In this document: positions 1-7,947 of the stretch, in pieces | How positions within the stretch are numbered: position 1 is the stretch's first letter | How the letters are laid out: every line of letters starts with the position of its first letter | Assembly (NCBI RefSeq): GCF_001598795.1 | Contig: NZ_BCZP01000001.1 | Span: 480,001-512,000 of the forward strand | Length of the DNA: 32,000 bases | From: Delftia acidovorans NBRC 14950 | GTDB taxonomy: Bacteria; Pseudomonadota; Gammaproteobacteria; Burkholderiales; Burkholderiaceae_C | Reading direction: 5' to 3' | The notes under the pieces: generated by a model | The model's input: the letters and a program-made list of their open reading frames with translations, nothing else | What the model was told of the DNA's origin: nothing | Databases searched by the model: none | Translations under genes and position numbers: made by a program

Positions 1-1
1 T

Positions 2-589
2 CTGCTGTACCTGCTGCTGCTGCGCCTGTGGGCCGAATGCATGCTGCGCCGCGACTGGGAGGTGTCCGATGTTCCCGATGTGACGCCCGGCAGCAGCGGC
101 TCTTCACCGGCCCGCACGCCGGAGGCTGGCGGATTCGACAGCGGGCAGGGCGGCTCGTATGGCGGCGGTGGCTCCAGCGGCAGCTGGGATGACGGCGGCG
201 CCATGTCCGAGGCCGCTTCCTCGGCGTCGCAAGGCTTTGATGTGCCGGGCATCGATGGGCTGGATGAAGGCGCCGTCGTCCTGGTCCCCGTGCTGCTGGT
301 GTTTGCGGCGCTGCTGGTCGCGGTCACGGGGGCAGGGTCGCTGCTGTGGCTGGTCTTTGGGGCCGACCTGTTCCTGGCCGTGGCGGTGGAGGTGGCCTTT
401 GCGCTGCTGATGGCGCGCACGCTCTATGTGGTGGAGCGCGAGGGCTGGCTGCTGGCCGCGCTGCGCCTGAGCTGGAAGCCGGTGCTGGGCGCACTGGTGG
501 CCGCCGTGGCGCTTGGCGCGCTGGCCGACTGGCTGTTTCCCCAGGCAGATACCCTGGTGCAGGTGCTGCGCGCGCTGAGAGGACACTGA
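2..589 (+). CDS. hypothetical membrane protein, 5' end probably outside the window
   Basis: The frame is open from the window edge, with no stop between nt 2 and the first ATG at 41. GC3 is high. A Gly/Ser/Asp-rich low-complexity stretch is followed by about three hydrophobic helices. No family recognised. Confidence 0.5.
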   Translation: MLYLLLLRLWAECMLRRDWEVSDVPDVTPGSSGSSPARTPEAGGFDSGQGGSYGGGGSSGSWDDGGAMSEAASSASQGFDVPGIDGLDEGAVVLVPVLLVFAALLVAVTGAGSLLWLVFGADLFLAVAVEVAFALLMARTLYVVEREGWLLAALRLSWKPVLGALVAAVALGALADWLFPQADTLVQVLRALRGH

Positions 590-635
590 AAGGACCCTGA
601 GAGGGCACTGAGCCGCTGCTGCCCCGCTCCTGCGG

Positions 636-2084
636 TCACAGCTGTCTTTTTGCCCCCGGCAGGCGCAGCTGCATGCGCAGGCCGCCCAGCGGCGAGCGGC
701 TGGCCGCGATGCTGCCGCCATAGGTCTGCACCAGGTCACGCACGATATCCAGGCCCAGGCCTGCGCCGGGCCTGCGTTCGTCCAGGCGCTCGCCGCGCTC
801 GAAGATGCGGCCAAGGTCGGCGTCTTCGATGCCGGGGCCGTCATCGTCCACCGTCAGCAGCAAGGGGCCGCCGGCCTGATCGTGCTCCAGGCCCTGGACT
901 TCCAGGCTCACGGCCTGGGCCGCCCACTTGCCGGCGTTGTCCAGCAGGTTGCCCAGGATTTCCATCAGGTCCTGGCCATCGCCCAGAAAGTCCCAAGGCT
1001 GCGCATCGCCCTTCAGCGCGAAGCGGATGCCGCGGCCGGCGTGCAGCCGCTCCATGGTGCGCACCAGTGAGGCCAGCGGCGGCTCCAGGGGCGTGCGCAG
1101 GCCTGTGGCCTGGCGGGCCGCAGCGCGGGCGCGTGCCAGATGGTGGTCCACCTGGCGGCTGGCGCTGGCGACCTGCTCTCGGACCAGTTCGGCCAGCGCC
1201 CCGCCTTCCTGCGCGGCGGCATTGCCGAGGATGGACAGCGGCGTGTTCACCGCATGGGCCAGGTTGCCGGCCTGCGTGCGCGCGCGCTGCACCATGTCGG
1301 CGTTCACATCCAGCACATGGTTGAATTCCTGCACCAGGGGGCGCAGTTCCTGCGGGAACCGGCCTTCGAGGCGCGGCGTTGCCCCCTTGCGCACGTCGGA
1401 CAGGCCTTTGCGCAGCAGCTGCAGCGGCCGCAGCGCCAGGCGCAGCTGCAGCACCACGGCCAGCACCAGCCCGGCCGCCAGCGTGCCCAGTGCGGCGATC
1501 AGCATGGTGGTGAAGCGCTGCATGGGCTCGGCCAGCAGGGCGCTGTCGGCCGCAACGATCAGGCGCAGCGGCGGCGCGTCGGCTTCGGGCAATTGCAGAG
1601 GGCGTGCCACGGCCACGAGCTGGTGGCCCTGGCCATCGGGCAGCATGCCGGTGTTCAGCGCCGTGTCCTCGTGGTGCTCATCCGGGCGGCCGGCATCGGC
1701 GCGGAACTGGTGCCAGTCCAGCGTCTGGTCCCACAGCGAACGAGAGCGCAGCAAGCCGGCCTTCTCGGGCGGACCCGCGCCATCGCTCACCTGGTCGATC
1801 TGCCAGTACAGGCCCGACAGCGGCTGCGCCAGACGCGGATCGCCCACGGCCAGTCCGACTTCGATGCGCCCTCCGGGCAGGCTGTTGACGGCTGCGCTGA
1901 GCTGGTCGAGCTGCAGCACCAACTGCGCCTGCAACTGCTGCGCGATGTGGTCGCGGAACAGGCCGCGCAGCCCCCAGCCAGCCAGCAGCACGGCCGCCAG
2001 CACCCAGGCCAGCGTGCCGGCCAGCAGGCGCAGGCGCAGCGAATCGCCAAGCCGGGATACCTGTCTTTCCTGTGGCGCGTTCAT
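636..2084 (-). CDS. two-component sensor histidine kinase (2 TM, periplasmic domain, HAMP, HisKA, HATPase_c)
   Basis: N-terminal TM helix (LLAGTLAWVLAAVLLAGWGL), a second TM helix near residue 190, H-box AGNLAHAVNTPLSIL, N-box LLDNAGKWA, G-boxes DDDGPGI and GAGLGLDIV. The start overlaps the upstream regulator stop by 4 nt (ATGA). Confidence 0.9.
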   Translation of the reverse strand: MNAPQERQVSRLGDSLRLRLLAGTLAWVLAAVLLAGWGLRGLFRDHIAQQLQAQLVLQLDQLSAAVNSLPGGRIEVGLAVGDPRLAQPLSGLYWQIDQVSDGAGPPEKAGLLRSRSLWDQTLDWHQFRADAGRPDEHHEDTALNTGMLPDGQGHQLVAVARPLQLPEADAPPLRLIVAADSALLAEPMQRFTTMLIAALGTLAAGLVLAVVLQLRLALRPLQLLRKGLSDVRKGATPRLEGRFPQELRPLVQEFNHVLDVNADMVQRARTQAGNLAHAVNTPLSILGNAAAQEGGALAELVREQVASASRQVDHHLARARAAARQATGLRTPLEPPLASLVRTMERLHAGRGIRFALKGDAQPWDFLGDGQDLMEILGNLLDNAGKWAAQAVSLEVQGLEHDQAGGPLLLTVDDDGPGIEDADLGRIFERGERLDERRPGAGLGLDIVRDLVQTYGGSIAASRSPLGGLRMQLRLPGAKRQL

Positions 2085-2752
2085 GCAGCGGGCATGCCTT
2101 CCACCAGCCGGTAGCCCAGGCCGCGCACGGTCTCTATGCTGCCGGCCGGCAGCTTCTTGCGCAGGCGGCCGACGAAGACCTCGATGGTGTTGGAGTCGCG
2201 GTCGCTGTCCTGCGGGTAGATGTGTTCTGACAGTTCGGTGCGCGAGATCACCTGCCCCACGCGCTGCATCAGCAGGGCCAGCACCTTGAATTCATGGCTG
2301 GTCAGCGTGAGCGGCTGGCCGGCGACGCTCACACGCGCCTGGCGCGAGTCCAGCACGATGGGGCCGCATTGCCACTGGGCGCTGGCGTGCGGGCTGAGCC
2401 GGCGCAGCAGGGCGCGCAGGCGGGCCATCAGCTCTTCCATGTGGAAGGGCTTGGCCAGATAGTCGTCGGCGCCGGCATCCATGCCGGCCACCTTCTCATG
2501 CCAGGCGCCGCGCGCCGTGAGGATCATCACCGGCATGACCCTGCCCTGCGCACGCCAGGCGCGCAGCACGGTGAGCCCGTCGCGCACGGGCAGGCCCAGG
2601 TCCAGCACGGCGGCGTCGAATTCCTCGACCTCGCCCAGGTACTGGGCCGTTGCGCCGTCCGCGGCCGTCTCCACCGTATGGCCTGCCTGCTGCAAGGCCT
2701 GTACCAGTTGCCCGCAGAGCGTGGGCTCGTCTTCCACCACGAGGATTCGCAT
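2081..2752 (-). CDS. OmpR/PhoB-family response regulator (receiver + winged-helix DNA-binding domain)
   Basis: MRILVVEDEP...DLGLP (phospho-acceptor Asp region)...KPF; C-terminal LTSHEFKVLALLM...VRGLGYRL, typical of the Trans_reg_C domain. Translationally coupled to the kinase. Confidence 0.92.
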   Translation of the reverse strand: MRILVVEDEPTLCGQLVQALQQAGHTVETAADGATAQYLGEVEEFDAAVLDLGLPVRDGLTVLRAWRAQGRVMPVMILTARGAWHEKVAGMDAGADDYLAKPFHMEELMARLRALLRRLSPHASAQWQCGPIVLDSRQARVSVAGQPLTLTSHEFKVLALLMQRVGQVISRTELSEHIYPQDSDRDSNTIEVFVGRLRKKLPAGSIETVRGLGYRLVEGMPAA

Positions 2753-2758
2753 CTGCGT

Positions 2759-3103
2759 CTAGTCCTTGCGCTTGAAGCTCAGTACCTTGCCATCGCGCGC
2801 ATCGATCTTGAGCTTGGCCACGCGGCCGCCCGATTGCAGCAGCCGGATCTCGTAGATGAAGCGGCCGTCGTCATGCTCGAACTCGACCTTGATGACCTGG
2901 CCCTGGTAGTCGCGCTCGACCTGATCGAGCACGGTGCGCAGCGGCAGCACGCGGCCTTGCTGCAGGGCCTGGCGAGCGAGTTCATGGTCGCTGTCGCCGG
3001 CGTCCGAGGGCGTGGTCCAGGAGGCCAGGGCCGCCGCCATCAGCAGCAGTGCGGCCAGCAGCATCCAGGACCTGCGAGGAATGGAGAAGGATGGAGTGGG
3101 CAT
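2759..3103 (-). CDS. secreted PepSY domain-containing protein
   Basis: Signal-peptide-like N-terminus (RRSWMLLAALLLMAAALA). C-terminal PepSY-type pattern (VIKVEFEHDDGRFIYEIRLL..GRVAKLKIDARDGKVL). Ends 6 nt upstream of the regulator gene. Confidence 0.8.
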   Translation of the reverse strand: MPTPSFSIPRRSWMLLAALLLMAAALASWTTPSDAGDSDHELARQALQQGRVLPLRTVLDQVERDYQGQVIKVEFEHDDGRFIYEIRLLQSGGRVAKLKIDARDGKVLSFKRKD

Positions 3104-3110
3104 GGAAAAC

Positions 3111-3144
3111 TTTATAGCCCAGCGTGGATGAACCTCGGATGAAC
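3111..3144 (-). promoter_or_regulatory. candidate response-regulator box (2 x GTTCATCC at 11-bp period) plus TATAAA -10-like hexamer 7 nt upstream of the PepSY ATG
   Basis: The minus strand reads GTTCATCC-gag-GTTCATCC-acgctgggc-TATAAA-gttttcc-ATG. There is no Shine-Dalgarno. The layout resembles PhoB/OmpR class II promoters. Confidence 0.4.
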
Positions 3145-3252
3145 GGCTGCTTCAGCTTGCGTTCATGGCCTGCATCGAACAATGGCTGCACGCCGTCGCA
3201 ATCCACCGGAAACGAAGGCGCAGCAGCCGGCAGATGCGGCCTTTTCAAATGC

Positions 3253-3296
3253 ATCGCCAGCCCAATCGCCGACCCAATCGCCGGCCCAGTCGCCGA
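3253..3296. repeat. 12-bp tandem repeat, three full copies plus one partial copy (ATCGCCag / CCCAATCGCCGA / CCCAATCGCCGG / CCCAGTCGCCGA)
   Basis: Read directly from the sequence. Lies 25-68 nt upstream of the ATG at 3321. Confidence 0.85.
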
Positions 3297-3320
3297 CCTT
3301 CACATGCCAAGGAGAACCTC

Positions 3321-3701
3321 ATGCCTTCCATCCGACAACTGATTTCCCGCGCTGCACGCCATGGCCTGACGGGCCTGGGCATTGTTCTGATCGCCACTGC
3401 CGGGCTGGTCGCCCAGGTGCAGGCCCAGGCCGCCGCCACGGGCGGGCCTTCCGTGACCGTACAGGCCGGCGAGGCCGTGGCCACCACGGTAGCCTCCGTG
3501 CGCGGCGCCTTCCAGGGGCCGGGCCTGAGCATCCGCGAAATCTTCGAGCGCATGGAAGTCCTGGGCTACCGCGACCTGCGCGAGATCGAGTGGGAGGACG
3601 GCCTCTACCAGGTCAAGGGCCAGACCGGCGATGGCCGCCCTGTGAAGCTCTACGTCGATGGCAACAACGGCAACGTGCTCAGCATCCGCGCACGCAATTG
3701 A
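3321..3701 (+). CDS. secreted PepSY domain-containing protein
   Basis: AAGGAGA Shine-Dalgarno at 3309-3315. Signal peptide (GLGIVLIATAGLVAQVQAQA). C-terminal PepSY-like pattern (IEWEDGLYQVKGQTGDGRPVKLYVDGNNGNVL). The 3165 start in the track adds an Arg/Pro-rich translation of the tandem repeat and is not credible. Confidence 0.8.
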   Translation: MPSIRQLISRAARHGLTGLGIVLIATAGLVAQVQAQAAATGGPSVTVQAGEAVATTVASVRGAFQGPGLSIREIFERMEVLGYRDLREIEWEDGLYQVKGQTGDGRPVKLYVDGNNGNVLSIRARN

Positions 3702-3846
3702 GGCCGGGCGGGCAAGCTGATTTTTGTCAGCAAGTGTTCTGTCCGGTCGGCAGGCATGCGGCCTGGGACGTTGAAGCGGTATGCAGTCGCTGGCCGGTCC
3801 GGTGGCTGCCCTTGATCGATCCACGGACAGTACACAGGAGATTCTC

Positions 3847-4419
3847 ATGCCTTCCATTCATCGCTTGAGCGCCATGGGCGCCGGCTGCATTGCCGCGCTG
3901 ATGCTCAGCGCCTGCGCGGGCTACCCCCAGCAGGGCGGATACCCGGGTGGCGGCTACCCTGCCGGCGGCTATCCAGCCGGGGGCTATCCGACCAGCGGCT
4001 ACCCCAGCGGTGGCTATCCCAACGGCGGCCAGCCCGGCACGGCCTACCCGGGCGGCGGTGGCTATGTGCAGCAGGGGCGCGTGACCAATGTGCAACTGGT
4101 GCAGATCCAGCAGCCCAGCGGCATTGGCGGCTCGGGCATAGGCGCCGGGGCCGTGGTGGGCGGCGTGGTCGGCGGGGTGCTGGGCCGCCAGGTGGGCAAG
4201 GGCAGTGGGCGCGACATCGCCACCATTGCGGGCGTGGTGGGCGGTGCCATGGCGGGCAATGCCATCGAGAAGAACACCGGCCCTGGCGACCTGCGCGATG
4301 TCTACCGCGTCACCGTGCAGTTGAACGATGGCAGCACGCGCGTGTTCGACTACCAGAACAATCCGCAGCTGCGCATAGGCGAGAGCGTGCGCGTGGACAA
4401 CAATCAGCTGATTCGCTGA
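3847..4419 (+). CDS. SlyB-like outer-membrane lipoprotein (glycine-zipper 2TM domain) with N-terminal GGYP repeat linker
   Basis: AGGAGA 6 nt upstream of the ATG. Lipobox LSAC (Cys23). The segment VQIQQPSGIGGSGIGAGAVVGGVVGGVLGRQVGKGSGRDIATIAGVVGG...RVFDYQ..LRIGESVRV parallels E. coli SlyB. Confidence 0.8.
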   Translation: MPSIHRLSAMGAGCIAALMLSACAGYPQQGGYPGGGYPAGGYPAGGYPTSGYPSGGYPNGGQPGTAYPGGGGYVQQGRVTNVQLVQIQQPSGIGGSGIGAGAVVGGVVGGVLGRQVGKGSGRDIATIAGVVGGAMAGNAIEKNTGPGDLRDVYRVTVQLNDGSTRVFDYQNNPQLRIGESVRVDNNQLIR

Positions 4420-4440
4420 GTACCAGGCTCGCTCCATGCA

Positions 4441-4466
4441 AAAGGGCTCCCCGCAGGGAGCCCTTT
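4441..4466. terminator. bidirectional hairpin terminator between convergent genes
   Basis: Perfect 11-bp stem AAAGGGCTCCC / GGGAGCCCTTT with loop CGCA. A/T runs form the stem ends. Confidence 0.6.
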
Positions 4467-4486
4467 GCCATTTCAGCGCGGCAATT

Positions 4487-5008
4487 TCAGTGCAGCGTGT
4501 CGTTGCCCGGTGCCATGGGCTGGATGCGGAAGAAGCCGGTGCCGGCCGAGCCGCGGCCGATTTCTTCCTCGGTGGCTTCGCGCACGCCTTCGACCTTCAG
4601 GTGCAGGCGCAGCGCAATGCCGGCCAGCGGGTGGTTGCCGTCCAGCACCACATGCTCGGGATAGATTTCCGTGACGGTGTAGAGCAGGTCGGGCTGCACG
4701 GCGCTGCAGCCCTTGGGCAGGGCGCTGGCCTCGAAGCTCATGCCTTCCTCCAGCTCGGCCGGGAACAGGGCGCGCGGCTCCAGGAAGATCAGGCTTTCGT
4801 TGTAGTCGCCAAAGGCTTCCTCGGGCTCCAGGTGCAGGTCCAGGGTCTTGCCCTGGCCGTGGCCCTGCAGGGCTTCCTCGATGCGCTTGAGCAGATCGTC
4901 GCCGCCGACCAGGAACTCCACGGGCTCATCGAGCACGTCCAGTTCCTCGCCCAGGGTGTCCTTGAGGGTCCAGGTCAGAGCGACCACGCATTGTTCTGTG
5001 ATTTCCAT
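4487..5008 (-). CDS. slyD: FKBP-type peptidyl-prolyl cis-trans isomerase, SlyD-like (no His-rich tail)
   Basis: The C-terminal region EHVVLDGNHPLAGIALRLHLKVEGVREATEEEI matches the SlyD signature (DGNH.LAG..L.F.V.V..IREAT.EE). Overall length and IF-domain layout also fit. Confidence 0.85.
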   Translation of the reverse strand: MEITEQCVVALTWTLKDTLGEELDVLDEPVEFLVGGDDLLKRIEEALQGHGQGKTLDLHLEPEEAFGDYNESLIFLEPRALFPAELEEGMSFEASALPKGCSAVQPDLLYTVTEIYPEHVVLDGNHPLAGIALRLHLKVEGVREATEEEIGRGSAGTGFFRIQPMAPGNDTLH

Positions 5009-5040
5009 GGTGTGCAGCTTGTGCGGCCCATGCCGCGGTG

Positions 5041-5096
5041 GGGAAAAAGAAAGACCGCCGCGCGCGCCCGTGTTTGACGAAGGCGTGCCGGCGGCC
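5041..5096 (-). terminator. possible rho-independent terminator downstream of the aldehyde dehydrogenase gene
   Basis: The minus strand reads CCGCCG...CGCC-loop-GGCG...CGGCGG followed by TCTTTCTTTTT. The stem has an interior loop, so the call is tentative. Confidence 0.3.
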
Positions 5097-5160
5097 GCGT
5101 TGGCGCGATTTTCCCACGGCTGCCCGGCTGCTGCGCAGGCCGGGCGGCGAGTCCTGCCGA

Positions 5161-6612
5161 TCAGAACGGATAGTGGCGGGGGGTGGTCTGCATGGTGATC
5201 CAGCGCGTCTCGGTGAAGGCATCGATGCCTGCCTGGCCGCCGAAGTGGCCGTAGCCCGAGTTTTTCACGCCGCCAAAGGGCATCTGTGCCTCGTCATGCA
5301 CGGTGGGGCCGTTGACGTGGCAGATGCCGGCCTCGATGCGCGCGGCCACGCGCCAGCCGCGTGCGGTGTCGCGGGTGTAGACGGACGAGGACAGGCCGAA
5401 TTCGTTGTCATTGGCCATGGCAATGGCCTGCTCCTCGCCGCGCACACGCACGATGGCCTTGACGGGGGCGAAGGTTTCCTCGCGGAAGATGTCCATCTCG
5501 GGCGTGACGCCGTCGATCAGCGTGGCGGCCATCAGGGTGTTGGTGGCCTTGCCGCCGCACAGCAGTTTTGCGCCCTTGGCCAGCGCGTCGTCGATCAGGC
5601 GGTTGGCACGCTCCACGGTGGCCATGTCCACCACCGAGCCCAGCACCACGGGGCCCTTGCGCGGATCGCCCAGCGGCAGCGAGGTGGCACGGGCCACCAG
5701 CTTGTCCAGGAAATCGCCGGCCACGGACTCGTCCACGATGATGCGCTCGGTGGACATGCAGATCTGGCCGGAGTTGGCGAAGGCACCGAAGGTGCAGCCG
5801 GCCACGGCGGCGTCGATGTCGGCATCGTCCAGCACCACGAAGGGCGCCTTGCCGCCCAGCTCCAGGATGGCGGGCTTGAGGTACTTGGCGCAGGTCTGGC
5901 CGAGGATGCGGCCCACGCGCGTGGAGCCCGTGAAGTTCACGCGGCGCACGGCCGGGTGGGCCACCATGGCTTCGACCACGGCACCGGCATCTTCGGGCGC
6001 ATTGGTCACGAAGTTGACCACGCCGGGCGGCAGGCCGCCTTCCTGCAGGGCCTCAATGATCAGGCCGTGCGTGGCGGGGCACAGCTCCGAGCCCTTGAGC
6101 ACCACGGTGTTGCCGCAGGCCAGCGGCGTGGCAATGGCGCGCACGGCCAGGATGACGGGGGCATTCCAGGGCGCAATGCCCAGCACCACGCCAGCGGGCT
6201 GGCGCACGGCCATGGCCAGGCTGCCGGGCACGTCCGAGGGAATGATCTGGCCATTGATCTGGGTGGTCAGCGATGCGGCCTCCAGGAACATGTTGGCGGC
6301 CAGGTGCACGTTGAAGCCGGCCCAGATGCCCGATGCGCCGGTCTCGGCGGCCATGGCGGCGGCAAACGCCTCGGTCTTGGCCTCCAGGGCCTGCGATGCC
6401 TTCATCAGCATCTGGCGGCGTTCGGTCGGGCCCAGCGCGGCCCAGGCGGGGAAGGCCTTTTGCGCGGCCTCGACGGCGCGCACGGCATCTTCGGGTGTGG
6501 CAGCCGGGGCGCGCGTGGCCACCGATCCGTCCAGCGGATTGCGGCGCTCGAAGGTGGCGCCATTGCCGGCCTGTGCGGCCTGGCCTGCGATGAGCATGGT
6601 TTGTTCGATCAT
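5161..6612 (-). CDS. NAD(P)+-dependent aldehyde dehydrogenase (aromatic-aldehyde/vanillin-dehydrogenase-like subgroup is a guess)
   Basis: Canonical ALDH motifs: ELGGKAP, catalytic-Cys segment GQICMSTERIIV, FTGSTRVG. AAGGAGA Shine-Dalgarno 6 nt upstream of the ATG. Confidence 0.9.
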   Translation of the reverse strand: MIEQTMLIAGQAAQAGNGATFERRNPLDGSVATRAPAATPEDAVRAVEAAQKAFPAWAALGPTERRQMLMKASQALEAKTEAFAAAMAAETGASGIWAGFNVHLAANMFLEAASLTTQINGQIIPSDVPGSLAMAVRQPAGVVLGIAPWNAPVILAVRAIATPLACGNTVVLKGSELCPATHGLIIEALQEGGLPPGVVNFVTNAPEDAGAVVEAMVAHPAVRRVNFTGSTRVGRILGQTCAKYLKPAILELGGKAPFVVLDDADIDAAVAGCTFGAFANSGQICMSTERIIVDESVAGDFLDKLVARATSLPLGDPRKGPVVLGSVVDMATVERANRLIDDALAKGAKLLCGGKATNTLMAATLIDGVTPEMDIFREETFAPVKAIVRVRGEEQAIAMANDNEFGLSSSVYTRDTARGWRVAARIEAGICHVNGPTVHDEAQMPFGGVKNSGYGHFGGQAGIDAFTETRWITMQTTPRHYPF

Positions 6613-6632
6613 GACTGTCTCCTTGGTATGCG

Positions 6633-6668
6633 GTTGTGGCGTTGGCGTTGGCTTTGGCTTTGGCGCTG
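6633..6668. repeat. hexanucleotide tandem repeat (GTTGTG GCGTTG GCGTTG GCTTTG GCTTTG GCGCTG)
   Basis: Read directly. In the sense orientation of the ALDH gene it is CAGCGC CAAAGC CAAAGC CAACGC CAACGC CACAAC, ending about 20 nt upstream of the start codon. Confidence 0.8.
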
Positions 6669-6884
6669 CCTGGCGTGCCGGTCATCGTAGAAGCAGGCGA
6701 TGGCGCAGGCAGCCCGCTGCGCGCACAAAGCGCATGACGGATCGTGCACAGGCTCCGGGGTTTACCCTTGTCCTGGCTGTACGCGGGGAAAGCCATGGGG
6801 CGCGACAGGCCTGCACTTTCCCATAATCATGTCCATGGCCGCACACAGATCCTTCACCCGTGCGGCGAGCAGGAGAGACCGCAC

Positions 6885-7844
6885 ATGACCGATGCCATGG
6901 TGTTGAGCACCGACGGACTGCCGCCCGGCGAGACGGCGTCGGCCTGGCACGCCTGGATGTCGCGCCTGTTTGCGGGCCTGGATACCGATGTCTATGGCGA
7001 TCGCCTGTTCGAAGGCCATGTGCGCGTGGCCAATGCCGGTGATGTGGTGCTGACCCGTCTGGAGGCGGGCCGCCACCGCGTCATGCGCAGCATGCAGGGC
7101 CTGCGCGCCCATGAGTCCCCCTATCTGAAGATCGTCGCGCCCTGGGAGGGCGTGGCCAGCGTGCGCCAGCACAACCGCGAGGCCAGCGTGCGCAAGGGCA
7201 GCTGGGTGATCTATGACACGGCGCAGGAGTACGAGGTCACCAACCCCGAATGGTCCGAACACCTCATCGTGATGCTGCCGCGCCAGGCCATCGTGGACCG
7301 GGGCATCCGGCTGGAAGGGCTGATGGGGCGCAATGTGGGCGGCAGCTCGGGCATTGCCCGCATCGCGCTGGAAACCATGCGCAGCACCTACCAGGAGTTG
7401 CCCGGCATGGCGCCGCATCTGGCGCGCCGCGCGGGCGAGCTGCTGGTGGACATGGTCCATCTGTCGCTGCAGGAGCTGGCAGGGCAGGGCACGGCAGGCA
7501 CGCAGCAACTGGCGCTGCAGGACCGCATCCGCGCCCATGTGGCGGCCCATCTGCGCGACCCGGGCCTGTCGGTGGAGTCGGTGGCCGCCGCGCTCAACTG
7601 CAGCAAGCGCCATCTGCACAACGCCTTCGCGGACAGCCAGACCAGCCTGGGCGCCTTCATACAGCACAGCCGCCTGGAGCTGTGCATGCGCGAGCTGCTG
7701 CAGCCCGCCCAGGCGCAGCGCACCATCACCGAGGTCGCCATGGATTGCGGCTTTGGCAGCACCGCGCATTTCAGCCGCGCTTTCAAGATCTATACGGGCC
7801 TGTCGCCCTCGGATTTCAGGGCCATGCGCAAGCCGGCCGGCTGA
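6885..7844 (+). CDS. AraC-family transcriptional regulator
   Basis: AGGAGA at 6871-6876. C-terminal dual HTH (SVESVAAALNCSKRHLHNAF...ITEVAMDCGFGSTAHFSRAFKIYTGLSPSDFR). Divergent from the ALDH gene. Confidence 0.85.
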   Translation: MTDAMVLSTDGLPPGETASAWHAWMSRLFAGLDTDVYGDRLFEGHVRVANAGDVVLTRLEAGRHRVMRSMQGLRAHESPYLKIVAPWEGVASVRQHNREASVRKGSWVIYDTAQEYEVTNPEWSEHLIVMLPRQAIVDRGIRLEGLMGRNVGGSSGIARIALETMRSTYQELPGMAPHLARRAGELLVDMVHLSLQELAGQGTAGTQQLALQDRIRAHVAAHLRDPGLSVESVAAALNCSKRHLHNAFADSQTSLGAFIQHSRLELCMRELLQPAQAQRTITEVAMDCGFGSTAHFSRAFKIYTGLSPSDFRAMRKPAG

Positions 7845-7947
7845 CTGCCACGAAGCCATTGCGGGGCAGCTTGCGCTGGCGCCAGGACAGGGCAATGCCC
7901 GCATAGGACAATGCCGCCCTGTCTCTTCGCTCACTTCGGACCATTTC

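Noticed and set aside
3253-3296. Tandem repeats here, at 6633-6668 and inside 9540-9720 considered as CRISPR-like arrays
   Set aside because: The units are 6-15 bp with no unique spacers between them, and no cas genes are present. They are microsatellite-type or coding low-complexity repeats.
3165-3320. N-terminal extensions in the track ORFs (3165, 3781, 6744, 7333, bamC to 11377, the MFS gene to 14436, 14186, ridA to 21999, 27890 and 29488)
   Set aside because: Stops are rare in this GC-rich DNA, so ORFs run far upstream of the real starts. In each case an internal ATG or GTG with a Shine-Dalgarno and/or a signal peptide, or the N-terminus of known homologues, fits better. The extension is also compositionally unlike the protein.
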